64,000 nt of DNA from a bacterium (GTDB taxonomy: Bacteria; Patescibacteriota; Minisyncoccia; Phycocordibacterales; UBA5272), in NCBI GenBank assembly GCA_043745785.1, contig JAYTSG010000004.1, positions 570 through 64,569 on the forward strand. The letters run 5' to 3'. The position numbers and the translations under genes were made by a program. Position 1 is the stretch's first letter, and each line of letters begins with the position of its first letter. The notes below the pieces were generated by a model. It made no database searches. It had not been told where the DNA came from and saw only the letters and a program-made list of their open reading frames with translations. Shown here piece by piece: positions 10,101 through 19,516 of this stretch.

Positions 10101-10283
10101 GTTAAGAACTTTTTGAAGATTCATGACTTGTACTCCTTTTGAACCCATCTTCATGTTCGTATTGAACACGTAAGAACAGTTCATGGTTGGAAGGGCGAGA
10201 GCTGCAGATGCTGTTGAAGCACCAACGATAGCTCCTCCTAGGGCTACTGCAATTGCAGCGGCCTTGATTGAGAGTTTACTCAT
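7167..10283 (-). CDS. Large cell-surface/S-layer-like protein with N-terminal peptidoglycan-binding domain
   Basis: Signal peptide; GSKGVQVMNLQKVLN...FGPATRAAVNKFQ PG-binding motif; Ser/Thr/Gly/Val-rich repeated beta-sandwich modules. Confidence 0.8.
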   Translation of the reverse strand: MSKLSIKAAAIAVALGGAIVGASTASAALALPTMNCSYVFNTNMKMGSKGVQVMNLQKVLNMYPQTRVAESGAGSPGMETSKFGPATRAAVNKFQMLQLAELGINSPTGNVFAGTRGLLNQLCSVTGNPVPTPGNPVPPTGNTGPVSVMLSGSQPTGQLVQGQSGARLADFTFKGNGTVTNIELQRIGVSTDSTLNNVYLYDGNTRLTDAASVVTGGYIRFNAGTGLFSVSGTRTITVRADLSSTSGGNAVGVKLNSVTAMGSAASTFTNVMGNTLTVASGITTASVNFNPLVTGARTVDAGTTNYNVWDATASVGVRDVYFKAATFKFVGSAPVDSVANLSLYVDGTKVAGPAMINAMNNNKVVFDLGTMPYFLRTGSHTINVRGDIVKGSNRTMTFSVENVADLMFEDRDLTGVNVAATVATLPLNSSNSAYPQITVNKGTVVVNVDPAFVASKVTGGATNMTIGSFTMKAYGEDVKVNTLNVTPVLGSMTPAAAGLTNVGLYLNGGQISSSQNWSSGALTYNLGSSLIIPAGQTVTVSVKADIKSTTSVSYTAGSVLAQLSSAGNNAQGQSSSEIVSVASSGVNGNNLTVSSGVGSYGRTSGFAAATVAPNTANVRIGSFTLQADSAEDAVVNSATVTLSTTGYPLTNITNLSLKTGSMTLGTPVGNVSASSTVISFSDVVVPMNGTKTFDVYADIGSVTSGTVTATLDLSTRGPVSGTNTTVSGTGLGVAITTTAATLGLPAIVSSSPVSQFVVGGVSSNVATYKIKTAQDSAATVRELRFSITGNDSVESVTVNGVQASVVGGIAKVTGLSIAIGLNGTDVPVTVKYSGFKNSSTGGSLTAGVISTTTLTYIEATSGNGTTVSTTTAISANAMTLVASKPSVTVDTVQKSGLILGAENKIGEVTVVPDANGSINVNQLKFSSGASGLSGALTLASARLADGSATIPNVTCTIASTVTTCSFSTAYSLSAGSSKTFSLYAVPTGTVVSGATVSVSTQVTNTANDFQWTDVVGGNTTYDGVKIYNFPTASYSIKN

Positions 10284-10930
10284 AATTTTTTTGAAGTGAT
10301 AAGATTTTTCTAACTCGTTTCTCTTTATAGAGTCAGCATTGTTTTTACTTGTGTAGTTTCGACATAACTAGTAAAAACAAACTAAATGACAAAACGAAGG
10401 GGTCGCTTATGCCAAAATACGAAGCGTTTTTATTTGCGTCACTATTCTGTTTTCAACGATCACTTTTATTCTGCCTTTTAAGATACTCTATAAATAACGT
10501 ATCTCAAATACCAGAGGACGCTCTCAAACAGAGACGTCTACAAGAGAGTATAGAGCTTCTTAAGAAAACTGCAAGGTTATTCCAAAATAATTTGAATATC
10601 ACAACTCTTCATCTTCTCAAAAAACTAATTTACAACTCTTGAAGTACATACAGTACCTAGAGGTAAGTATACCACAGAGTGGTCAAAAAGTCTACAAATA
10701 TAAAAGCTTTTTCCTCTTTTTGTATAAAAAGTAAGCTCAGTAGATTGAGGACTTTTCTTGACTCTGTGCGTATGTACGTCCCTCACAGATAAGGATACGA
10801 GAGAAATGAAGGATTTGGTTCACGAGAGACGTAAAGACATGAGGCCAAGATACCAGCGTCATACGTGAATGTGGTCATTCAGCGTCATTCGTATCTGGTG
10901 ATACAAATGATGGGCAGCACGCAACCCTAG

Positions 10931-11133
10931 TGTCATTCTGGAAGGGCTTTGTACACAAAGAACTATCCGGAATCCAGGTTGGTATTCCAGACATGAAATG
11001 CAGTTGAGTACTTTACAACCTCATTCAGATCTGGATTCCGGATATTTTTGAATACAAAAATTCCAGAATGACATAAAACTCAATACTAACATGGATCCCC
11101 GGTTCATTTGGGTACAAATGCCCGAGGATGACA
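10931..11133. repeat. REPIN-like palindromic elements (TGTCATTC...ATCCAG-spacer-CTGGATTC...GAATGACA) plus an extra right arm
   Basis: Nested inverted repeats; left arm similar to 12549-12595. Confidence 0.75.
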
Positions 11134-11150
11134 CGCGAGGAGTAATACAT

Positions 11151-11234
11151 GAGACTTCTTTCAAAAGTCTCCCACGTTATTCCTGAATCAGCCCCTAGGA
11201 CAACTTTGGTAATGAGGGTTTTGAAAGAGGTTTA
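11151..11234. mobile_element. MITE-like element
   Basis: Ends (G)AGACTTCTTTCAAAA ... TTTTGAAAGAGGTTTA are imperfect terminal inverted repeats shared with other copies. Confidence 0.6.
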
Positions 11235-11453
11235 GTGTATCTCACCTCTATTTCTCTCTAAAATAGAACCTGTAGCCCTTTATCGAAACTTACTACTATA
11301 TACCTAATGAGTCTCCCCTCAGTAAACTGTTCCTTCACTCACTCCATTCGTTATCTACAGGGAATGTTAGGGAACCAATGGTTTTCTAAACCCTTCCTTG
11401 TGGAACACCTTCTCAGCAGAGCTGTAGGGAATAGAACAAGTAAAGAGAGAGCT

Positions 11454-12290
11454 CTAACGAAGCACATATCTACTCCATCTTTTTTCACCAATTCTTTCAA
11501 GGACATGGTCAAAGACAAGTGTATTGAGTTCTCTCTGTATTGTTTTTTCACTACAACCTTTTATCTTGCTTGATATGTCTTTTATACTCACATCTACACC
11601 TACAGAGAAGAGTCCCAATATTTGTTCCCTTCTACTCTGCTTTCTAGCTTTAAATATTCCCGCTGGAATTTTTCTTTCGATTACCATTCTTTGATACTGA
11701 TAGGGAGAGCTAACATTTTCTTTGTTTGTTTTATCATCTAATTTCATCGTATAAGCTTCTCCTGTTGTCAGAGCTTCACTCTTTTGTGTAGGTTTAGTTA
11801 TCAAATTTTGATCAGCTTTTTCTTCTACGAAAACTGCTCCAATACCTTCTTCCTTAGGGACAAATGTTGGAGGTAACCCTACAGAATGATTCTTTGCCTC
11901 GGTGAGCACTATGTCATCTTCTTTTAAAAGAAGGGCACTCGAAAAAGTCGGGCGTCTTTTTTGGAGAGCGTTACTAAGGACATTGAACCCTTCGACGAGA
12001 AGTCTTCCGTTCATCTCAGAGACAGTCCCTGAGAAGGTTGCAACATGCAGAAGTGAGACAACTTCTCTTACTTCATTTAAAGACAAAGAGTATTCACGAG
12101 CAATGTCACTTGTTTCAGAAGAGGCAACTTTAGTGACATGTCCAAGTATACTCAAAGCTGAAGATCGAAGTCTATTTTTTATAGGATCTTGAGCACTAAT
12201 TAAGTCAGTAACAAGATAAAGGCCCGTCACTAAACGCTCTGTTTTCTGTGCTATCAAGACTTCCTGTTGTGTGTTTTTTGTCTCTGACAT
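11454..12290 (-). CDS. CPR hypothetical protein with N-terminal helical bundle and C-terminal winged HTH (DeoR-like)
   Basis: RREQILGLF...VSIKDI...SEKTIQRELNTLV...GEKRWSRY. Confidence 0.7.
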   Translation of the reverse strand: MSETKNTQQEVLIAQKTERLVTGLYLVTDLISAQDPIKNRLRSSALSILGHVTKVASSETSDIAREYSLSLNEVREVVSLLHVATFSGTVSEMNGRLLVEGFNVLSNALQKRRPTFSSALLLKEDDIVLTEAKNHSVGLPPTFVPKEEGIGAVFVEEKADQNLITKPTQKSEALTTGEAYTMKLDDKTNKENVSSPYQYQRMVIERKIPAGIFKARKQSRREQILGLFSVGVDVSIKDISSKIKGCSEKTIQRELNTLVFDHVLERIGEKRWSRYVLR

Positions 12291-12292
12291 AC

Positions 12293-12477
12293 TGTCTTTT
12301 GTGTTGTAATACTGTAGAGAAGATGATCTGTATTATGTCTTTTTAAATGCTAATAATGTCTTTTAAATACTTGTCTTTTTATTTGTCCTTTTAAGGGACA
12401 AGAGGCTCGTCTGTCCCCTATTCTATTCTTTTTTTATTTTCTGTCAAAATAGACAAACTTAAATTTTATTGTCTTTT
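12293..12477. promoter_or_regulatory. Array of TGTC(T/C)TTT motifs upstream of the HTH gene, putative operators
   Basis: Copies at 12293, 12336, 12357, 12372, 12384, 12470, plus inverted GGGACA/AGACA at 12395 and 12451. Confidence 0.45.
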
Positions 12478-12548
12478 ATAAATGAGCTCTACCTATTTTC
12501 TATTTCAGAAATTAATCTGTGTAAATTCTGTATCTGTATCTGTGTCTG

Positions 12549-12738
12549 TGTCATACCGGAAGGATTTTGTACTCAAAAACTATCCGGTATCCAGGTCTAT
12601 AATTGTAGAGAGTATCCCCCTAGAAAAAATGCCAGTACGTTAAACATTCACACTGGGTGCGTGATTACTCTGGTTTGACCTATCGTTAAAGTCAAAACCT
12701 GGATCCTGGATATGATGAGTACATCATATCCAGGATGG
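12549..12738. repeat. REPIN-like palindromic element
   Basis: TGTCATACCGGA...TCCGGTATCCAGG ... CCTGGATCCTGGATATGATG-agta-CATCATATCCAGGATG. Confidence 0.7.
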
Positions 12739-12779
12739 TGCACTCGTTATTCTGGAATGGCATGCAAGATACTCAGTGC

Positions 12780-12800
12780 GACTGGAGACTGGAGACTGGA
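12780..12800. repeat. Heptamer tandem repeat (GACTGGA)x3
   Basis: Read directly. Confidence 0.85.
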
Positions 12801-13058
12801 ATACTTGATTCTGACATACTAGACCTCTTTCAGATGTCTTATGTATACATGTGTAAACATCTAGAATACATAGAGCTGTAATAGTGCTTAGCTATATGTA
12901 TTTGCAAACCAAATGGGTGACTCAACTCCGCGAGGAATTATGTGACCACATAACTGAAATAACTGACGAAATGAGCTTTATTGTCACCACAAAAATGTCT
13001 CATATTTTGCTATACTAGAAGCAACTCATTATTAAAATAAAAACGTTTGACTACACAT

Positions 13059-15359
13059 ATGGCAGAATCAAAAGACGAGAGAAAAAGAAAAAATAAACGG
13101 GACCCTTTGCACACAGAGACTGTTCTTGCCATGCTCTCAGTAATGACTCTCATCTTTGCATTATTACTCGCACTTGGCGCGACACATTTAGGAGGTAAAG
13201 GCGGAGAAATTATTTTTAAAGGATTTTATTCTCTCTTCGGTGTCTTTGCTTTTGGTATACCTTTTGTTTTTCTTTCTCTGACCTACTACCTTTGGAAAGA
13301 AGAGCTTCCTGACCTCCCTCTTTTAAAAAGTATCGGCACTGGACTACTTCTTTTTGGAATCGCCATTGTAATGGAAGTGAGTGGTAGCTCTATCTCTCAT
13401 CCAGCCGGAATGCTTGGTGAAATGCTTTCAATGCCACTCTTAAACTACTTCTCTCCTTTCTTTGCCCTTGCTATTGGTAGCGCTATTATCTTTAGCGGAC
13501 TACTTTTGTCACTGAACAGAAAGCCAACATTTAGTTTCTTTAGCACTATGTTTCTCTTTATTTATGACTTCCTGCCCTCTTTTTCACTCTTTAAAAAGAA
13601 AGTGTCGATACAAGAAGCAGCAACTATCCCTGTTATAGAAGAAGAATTTGAAGAGATACTCCCTCTTGGTGCAGATTTTTTTGAAGAAGAGGAACAAGTT
13701 CGTCGAAAAGATGTGCGAGAAGAACTCTTTAAGACTTTACATGTCGATGACGACGAAGAGATAAAGCCAAAAAAAGCGAAAGAAGAAAAACCAAAGCAAA
13801 TTATTCTGACACCAGAATTTGTTGCGCCACCTCTCTCACTACTTAATGCTGATTCTGGTAAAAGCGGAGCGGGAGACAGTCGTGCAAAAATGGCGACCAT
13901 ACAACGTACTCTCGAACATTTTAAAATACGTGTAGAAATGGGAGAGGTTACCGTCGGGCCGACAGTAACCCAATTTACCTTAAAACCAGCACAAGGAGTA
14001 AACCTTTCCAAAATTGCGGCGTTACATGACAATCTGTCTATGGAACTCGGTGCTGAATTTCTCCGTATCGAAGCACCAATACCAGGAAAAACACTCGTCG
14101 GTATTGAAATCCCTAACGAAAGAAAGTCAACTCTTGGACTGCGGTCAATGCTTGAACTTGATCAATTTATTGAGTCAAGCGCACTGACACTTGCTATTGG
14201 TAAGAGTATTGTTGGTAAACCTATTTACGGAGACCTCTCAAAGATGCCACATCTCCTCGTCGCTGGAGCCACTCGTACTGGTAAATCAGTCACCCTGCAG
14301 AATCTCCTCATTTCTCTCCTTTATAAAAATTCCCCGTATGACCTTAAGCTTATTATCCTCGATCCAAAACGTGTAGAATTTACTGCATACAATCATTTAC
14401 CCCACCTTTATACACCTATTATTAAAGAGCCAAAAGGAGCTATCAAAGCTCTCTCTTGGTCTATACAAGAAATGGAAAGGCGTTATGAAGTCTTGTCTGA
14501 ATATGGTCAAGTAAATGTTGACGACTATAATAAAAAAATACTTTCTCCTGCACTTGAAAAAGCAAGAAAGAAACTCAAGGAAACAGGAGAAGAGCCAAAA
14601 AATCTTCCACCAAAACTACCGTATATCATTATTATTTTTGATGAATACAATGACTTCATGCTTTCTTATCCAAAAGAAATTAGTCCACTCATTACCTCAC
14701 TTACTCAAAAAGGACGTGCGGCTGGAATACATCTCATACTCGCAACACAACGTCCTGATGTGAAAGTTATTACGGGTACCATTAAAGCGAATATTCCAGC
14801 TCGTATCGCATTGAAAACTACGTCACAAATAGACTCACGCACTATTTTGGACACTTCTGGCGCAGAAGACCTTCTTGGTAACGGCGACCTGCTTTATATG
14901 GCGAGTGACAATCCTCGCCTTGTACGTATACAGGCACCTTTTGTTTCAACCGAAGAGATACGTGCCGTTGTATCCCATATCAAAGAATCATTCCTTGATT
15001 TTATTCCTGATCATATTGATTTCTCAAAAGTAAAAGCAACACAGTCTCACGACAACGACAATAATAATGAAGAGTCTGGTGCTGAACCAGAAAATGACGA
15101 GGATTATATGAGCGCCAAGGATTATGTGCTTTCTACAGGCAAAGCTTCAACTTCTTCATTACAAACTGCCTTTAGATGGGGGTATAACAAAGCTGCACGT
15201 ATCATGAATGATCTGGAAAGATATAGTATTATCGGCCCTGCTCGCCCAGGAGAAAGATATAGAGAATTACTTACAAGTAGCACAGAAAGCTCAAAAACAT
15301 CTTCAGAAAGAGAAATAGAAAGCGACCCGCTCGATACCATGTTTGAAAATACAAAATAA
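13059..15359 (+). CDS. ftsK: DNA translocase FtsK/SpoIIIE
   Basis: N-terminal TMs, RIEAPIPGK, MPHLLVAG, GRAAGIHLILATQRP, C-terminal gamma domain (GYNKAARIM); ATG at 13059. Confidence 0.96.
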   Translation: MAESKDERKRKNKRDPLHTETVLAMLSVMTLIFALLLALGATHLGGKGGEIIFKGFYSLFGVFAFGIPFVFLSLTYYLWKEELPDLPLLKSIGTGLLLFGIAIVMEVSGSSISHPAGMLGEMLSMPLLNYFSPFFALAIGSAIIFSGLLLSLNRKPTFSFFSTMFLFIYDFLPSFSLFKKKVSIQEAATIPVIEEEFEEILPLGADFFEEEEQVRRKDVREELFKTLHVDDDEEIKPKKAKEEKPKQIILTPEFVAPPLSLLNADSGKSGAGDSRAKMATIQRTLEHFKIRVEMGEVTVGPTVTQFTLKPAQGVNLSKIAALHDNLSMELGAEFLRIEAPIPGKTLVGIEIPNERKSTLGLRSMLELDQFIESSALTLAIGKSIVGKPIYGDLSKMPHLLVAGATRTGKSVTLQNLLISLLYKNSPYDLKLIILDPKRVEFTAYNHLPHLYTPIIKEPKGAIKALSWSIQEMERRYEVLSEYGQVNVDDYNKKILSPALEKARKKLKETGEEPKNLPPKLPYIIIIFDEYNDFMLSYPKEISPLITSLTQKGRAAGIHLILATQRPDVKVITGTIKANIPARIALKTTSQIDSRTILDTSGAEDLLGNGDLLYMASDNPRLVRIQAPFVSTEEIRAVVSHIKESFLDFIPDHIDFSKVKATQSHDNDNNNEESGAEPENDEDYMSAKDYVLSTGKASTSSLQTAFRWGYNKAARIMNDLERYSIIGPARPGERYRELLTSSTESSKTSSEREIESDPLDTMFENTK

Positions 15360-15361
15360 CT

Positions 15362-15697
15362 ATGTTTAGAGAAAAAGGAGTACTAGCTGTATGCACGCTC
15401 ATTGGACTACTTTTTGTTATATATGGGGGTATCAAAGCTTTTCCTTATCTCAAAGGACCTGTAGTTATTATTAGTCAACCAAAAGAAGGTAGTCATGTTG
15501 GCACCAGCACCTTCTTACTTACTGGCAAAGCCATACGAAGCAAAGAACTCTACCTTTCTGGTAAAAGCGTCAGCATCGATACTGAGGGTAACTTTAGTCA
15601 GGTTTTTGTTTCTTATGCGCCATATACTATACTAACCGTTGAGGCAGTTGATCGCCATAACAAAAGATCATTACAAACATTAACCGTTGTCCCCTAA
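15362..15697 (+). CDS. Membrane-anchored Ig-like hypothetical protein
   Basis: N-terminal TM, then GP.VII..P...G.FS....TVEAVD beta-sandwich pattern. Confidence 0.65.
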   Translation: MFREKGVLAVCTLIGLLFVIYGGIKAFPYLKGPVVIISQPKEGSHVGTSTFLLTGKAIRSKELYLSGKSVSIDTEGNFSQVFVSYAPYTILTVEAVDRHNKRSLQTLTVVP

Positions 15698-15718
15698 AGC
15701 ACTTTTATACTTACCCTT

Positions 15719-16705
15719 ATGGAAAAATTACTTACTAAACATATACTTCTCTTTCTGAGTTCTGCTTTATCGCTTCTTGCATATGTTTACCATAGCGCTA
15801 ACGCTTTTTTAATACTCGTTGGCAGGTTCTTCCCTACAATAAAAGATACAGAGTACGGATTAGACGATCTCAGTGGTTCATTTTACGGCCCGCTCTTTAT
15901 CTCTCTGTTCTTTGGTATTTCGTTTGTTATTTTGTATTTTTTCTTTCTTAAAGAATCATCTGAAGAGAATGAACTACTTTCTGGGTTGAGACGTCTTTTA
16001 AAGCTGTTCTATGTTCTAACTCTTATTACCTTTGTACCATTCACTCTTTCTTCCCTTTTTATTCTAGGAACATACAAGCAGGCTATCTATACACTTCTCT
16101 TTTTGATAACTCTCTTTTTATTAACTGGACATCTATTCTTCTTACCTAAACTAATAAAGAAAAATATTATCATAAACGCGTTTTTACCAGCTCTGATCCT
16201 TCTCCCAATTGGAATGCTCAGCCTTGGCATAATCACCTATGGTACACCTCACGAGAGGTCACTCGCATTATTAGATCTACAAAAAATACACCGTATTGAT
16301 ATTGTTGCAAGCTCTGTACCCTCTTTTGTTTCAGAGAAAAATAGACTACCGGAGACACTAGAAGAACTTTCTAACTCGATGGATGATATGGATAATACTA
16401 ACTCTTCTTCTTATGAGAAGAAGAGTTTTTTCGACCCTGAAACAGGAACTTACTTCATTATAAAAGATTATGGGGATAAACTTTTGTCACCAAACACTCA
16501 GAATAACTACCCTGTAGCAGATGGTTTGCATACAAAAAGATATGGCATTTGCACCGTCCTGCATCTCGACTTCGAGAGAATTACCTTCCTCCTTGGTAAG
16601 GACTACTTAGTATCGAAAAGTAGAGCAAAGGCTGGTACTTACTGCAAGATGTCTGATTACACAATATTTGACCAAGCTAACACAATTAATCCCCCTTACG
16701 AGTAA
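15719..16705 (+). CDS. Multi-pass membrane protein with extracytoplasmic C-terminal domain (DUF5671-like)
   Basis: About five TM helices, then GTP..R...D...LPETLEEL...DPETG...Y.IC. Confidence 0.6.
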   Translation: MEKLLTKHILLFLSSALSLLAYVYHSANAFLILVGRFFPTIKDTEYGLDDLSGSFYGPLFISLFFGISFVILYFFFLKESSEENELLSGLRRLLKLFYVLTLITFVPFTLSSLFILGTYKQAIYTLLFLITLFLLTGHLFFLPKLIKKNIIINAFLPALILLPIGMLSLGIITYGTPHERSLALLDLQKIHRIDIVASSVPSFVSEKNRLPETLEELSNSMDDMDNTNSSSYEKKSFFDPETGTYFIIKDYGDKLLSPNTQNNYPVADGLHTKRYGICTVLHLDFERITFLLGKDYLVSKSRAKAGTYCKMSDYTIFDQANTINPPYE

Positions 16706-16845
16706 TGGCTTTTCTAAAGAATCACCGATAAGCTCCTTACTTGTTTCTTTACTGTCATATATTATACTGATAAATGAGGCACTCTACCCGAGTAAAAAAA
16801 TACACTATAACCACCTAATTGTTAACCACTAAGCACCCCCAAGAT

Positions 16846-17931
16846 ATGATGAAGAAAAAAGTAGTGAAAGAACCAAAAAAAGTAGGGGCTAAATCAAATG
16901 AAGGAGTCGACTCTGATGCTCTTCTCCGTGAAATACAAAGTAAATTTGGTGAAGGGGCGATTATGAAACTTGGGGACGCACCAAAGGTAGACGTAGGCAT
17001 CGTGCCGACTGGGTCACTTGGTCTTGATGCTGCGCTCGGCGTCGGAGGCCTCCCACGTGGACGTATCGTTGAAATATATGGCCCTGAGTCTTCTGGTAAA
17101 ACGACGCTCACCCTCCATGTCATCGCCGAGGCTCAAAAACTCGGGGGTATCTGTGCTTTTATCGACGCAGAGCATGCTATGGACCCTGAGTATGCAAGAA
17201 AGCTCGGTGTAAATATCAATGAACTCCTTATCTCACAACCAGATAACGGAGAGCAGGCTCTGGAAATAACGGAGTCTCTTGTCCGCTCTGGTAAAATAGA
17301 CGTACTGGTTATCGACTCTGTGGCAGCACTTACTCCAAAAGATGAAATCGAAGGAGACATGGGAGCTCAACATATGGGGAAGCAAGCAAGACTAATGAGT
17401 CAAGCTCTCCGCAAGCTGACCGCTATTGCTCATAAATCAAAGACAGTTATCATTTTTATCAACCAGATACGTATGCAAATCGGTGTCATGTTTGGTAACC
17501 CTGAAACAACTCCAGGAGGAAAAGCTCTCAAATTTTACTCCTCTGTTCGTATTGATATTCGTAAAATAGCACAAATTAAAAAAGGAGAAGACGTAGTCGG
17601 AGCACGCACGAAAGTAAAAGTAGTAAAAAATAAAGTGGCTGCTCCCTTTAAAACAACAGAGTTTGACATTATGTACAACGAAGGAATCAGCCGTGAAGGT
17701 GAGCTTCTTGCCCTCGGTGAGAAGTTCAAAATAGTCACTAAAAGTGGCACAAGCTATGTTTACGGCGAAGAAAAGCTCGGGCGTGGCTATGATGCAGCTC
17801 GTACTTTCCTTCGTGAGAACAGTGAAGTAAAAGAAAGGTTAACTCTTGCCATACAAAAAGAACTAACTTCTGGTGGACTTTCCTATGCAGGCACTCCTGA
17901 TGTTGGGGAAGAAGAAGCGCCAGCGGAATAA
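16846..17931 (+). CDS. recA: Recombinase RecA
   Basis: [28 protein letters not shown]; no intein; ATG at 16846/16849. Confidence 0.99.
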   Translation: MMKKKVVKEPKKVGAKSNEGVDSDALLREIQSKFGEGAIMKLGDAPKVDVGIVPTGSLGLDAALGVGGLPRGRIVEIYGPESSGKTTLTLHVIAEAQKLGGICAFIDAEHAMDPEYARKLGVNINELLISQPDNGEQALEITESLVRSGKIDVLVIDSVAALTPKDEIEGDMGAQHMGKQARLMSQALRKLTAIAHKSKTVIIFINQIRMQIGVMFGNPETTPGGKALKFYSSVRIDIRKIAQIKKGEDVVGARTKVKVVKNKVAAPFKTTEFDIMYNEGISREGELLALGEKFKIVTKSGTSYVYGEEKLGRGYDAARTFLRENSEVKERLTLAIQKELTSGGLSYAGTPDVGEEEAPAE

Positions 17932-17952
17932 TATAAGTTACACAAACTACAT

Positions 17953-18318
17953 ATGGATTTACTCTCAAAAGCTCTCAAAATTTTTTCTCAAGGAGAGAGC
18001 TCTCCTGAACTAGAAAAAGACATCTCTGGATCATTAAGTGAAGGAGATCGGCAAGAAATAGACCTTGGAGACATTGACTCTGATCTAAAAGAAGAAGAGA
18101 AGCTTAATCTTGTTGACCAAAGTGGTATGACTATCGACACGAGCAATGACCACTTAGATACCCTCGACATGGAAGGGCTACTCCAAAAGCGAAATGCTCT
18201 CGTGTGGATAGAAACCTCAGGTAGTATCGACAAGGGAAACATACCCTTTTTCCAAATTGAACTTGACAAGATAAATGCAGAATTAGTAAAAAGAGGAGTA
18301 GACATAACTACTCTTTAA
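17953..18318 (+). CDS. Acidic hypothetical protein
   Basis: 121-aa ORF directly after recA. Confidence 0.6.
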   Translation: MDLLSKALKIFSQGESSPELEKDISGSLSEGDRQEIDLGDIDSDLKEEEKLNLVDQSGMTIDTSNDHLDTLDMEGLLQKRNALVWIETSGSIDKGNIPFFQIELDKINAELVKRGVDITTL

Positions 18319-18328
18319 AAGAAAAACT

Positions 18329-18493
18329 ATGCCAGAGGAAAACAAAGAGCTTACTGATAAAGAAATAATGATACTTTATCAGCAAAAGGTACAGGAAACA
18401 CTCTTTGCTTTTGAAGACAACATGATTGAGATAGAAAATACTTTAGAAGAAAAAAGCGTAGAACCCTTACAAGATAAGGCTTGTAATACATGA
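18329..18493 (+). CDS. Small acidic hypothetical protein (54 aa)
   Basis: Manual translation MPEENKELTDKEIMILYQQKVQETLF...DKACNT; stop overlaps next start (ATGA). Confidence 0.5.
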   Translation: MPEENKELTDKEIMILYQQKVQETLFAFEDNMIEIENTLEEKSVEPLQDKACNT

Positions 18494-19352
18494 AGCAAGA
18501 GAATACCCCGAGCAGATCAAACGAAGAAGAAGCGCCAGAAAGAAGTAATCTTACTGAGAGTACAGCCGAGGTACGAGAGCGTAACAAAAGTGTAGATAAA
18601 AAAATAGAGAATAGAGCCAAAGGGGTCATAGAACGAGCCGAAAAACTTGGTAATTCCCCCAGAGCACAGGAGGTGCGAGGACTTTTAGAAACATCTCGAA
18701 GGAAACTTGCCCTTGTGGCAGCTTCCGCAACATTTCTTTTGGCAATAAATAGCCATGCAATGGCGAGCGAAAGTAAGGAAAAAATACATGATTTACCGAG
18801 AGCGGAAAGTGCCGGTGAAGAACAGGTAGATATAGGAAAAGAACTACTCACCCCCGCAAGACTAGACGAAGCTTTACAAGATGGTAAAGACATCTCATTT
18901 GCGGTAGGAACCTTGGTTAAAAATCATATAGAAGAAAAGAAAGGTCAGATAAATAATACTATTAAAATACTCACTAATGAAGATAGCTCAGAGGAGAGCC
19001 AAGGAGAAGACCTTTCACAAAAAATTCAAAAGAAAGTAGACGCAGGACTAGAGCTCGCCACAAATACTCCCATCATTAGTAAGGTTATTACCAAAAAATA
19101 CCAATTTTAAACACCATCTCTGCTTTAAACGACTTACAAACAGAGCTAAGAAAACCTAATGCAACAGCGATGAGCATCTTGATAAAAATTAGTAGACTCG
19201 TGATTGATGCAAAAACTTTTGGTCTCGGAACAATAGCGCTAGACACTCTCTATAGTCTCTCTAAATCACCGGAACCTCCTAAAAATGACTCTTCTTCCCC
19301 TAGCGTAGCGTCCATACATCCTGAAACTAACCAGTCAAGTATATCTCACTAA
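18490..19352 (+). pseudogene. Hypothetical membrane protein split by an apparent frameshift in the A6 run at 19093-19098 (ORFs 18490-19110 and 19170-19352)
   Basis: Adding one A gives ...VITKKIPILNTISALNDLQTELRKPNATAMSILIK..., in frame with the 19170 ORF. Confidence 0.55.
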
Positions 19353-19419
19353 GAGTGAGATATCTGTCTGCACTTGTTACGCGCTCAAACAATGTGGACA
19401 GAGACTCTAGCGCAAACTT

Positions 19420-19448
19420 TTGGCAAAAATAGATTTTTTTGGTAGAAT
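19420..19448 (+). promoter_or_regulatory. Sigma-70 promoter of efp
   Basis: TTGGCA-17nt-TAGAAT with extended TG. Confidence 0.6.
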
Positions 19449-19516
19449 TCTTGTACCTGCACATCGATGCTGTATTTCGTAAGAAATTAACTAATTATAA
19501 ATAACTATTTACCCCT

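Noticed and set aside
10349-10642. 97-aa + strand ORF upstream of the S-layer gene
   Set aside because: TTG start, no recognisable features; more simply the antisense of the S-layer leader region
10741-11300. Possible CRISPR array or tRNA cluster in the long intergenic region
   Set aside because: No regularly spaced identical repeats and no cloverleaf with T-loop; explained by palindromic repeat families
12926-12944. CTCCGCGAGGAATTATGTG nearly matches part of the L10 leader (6739-6756)
   Set aside because: Single short match with an indel; the rest of the leader is absent, so probably chance
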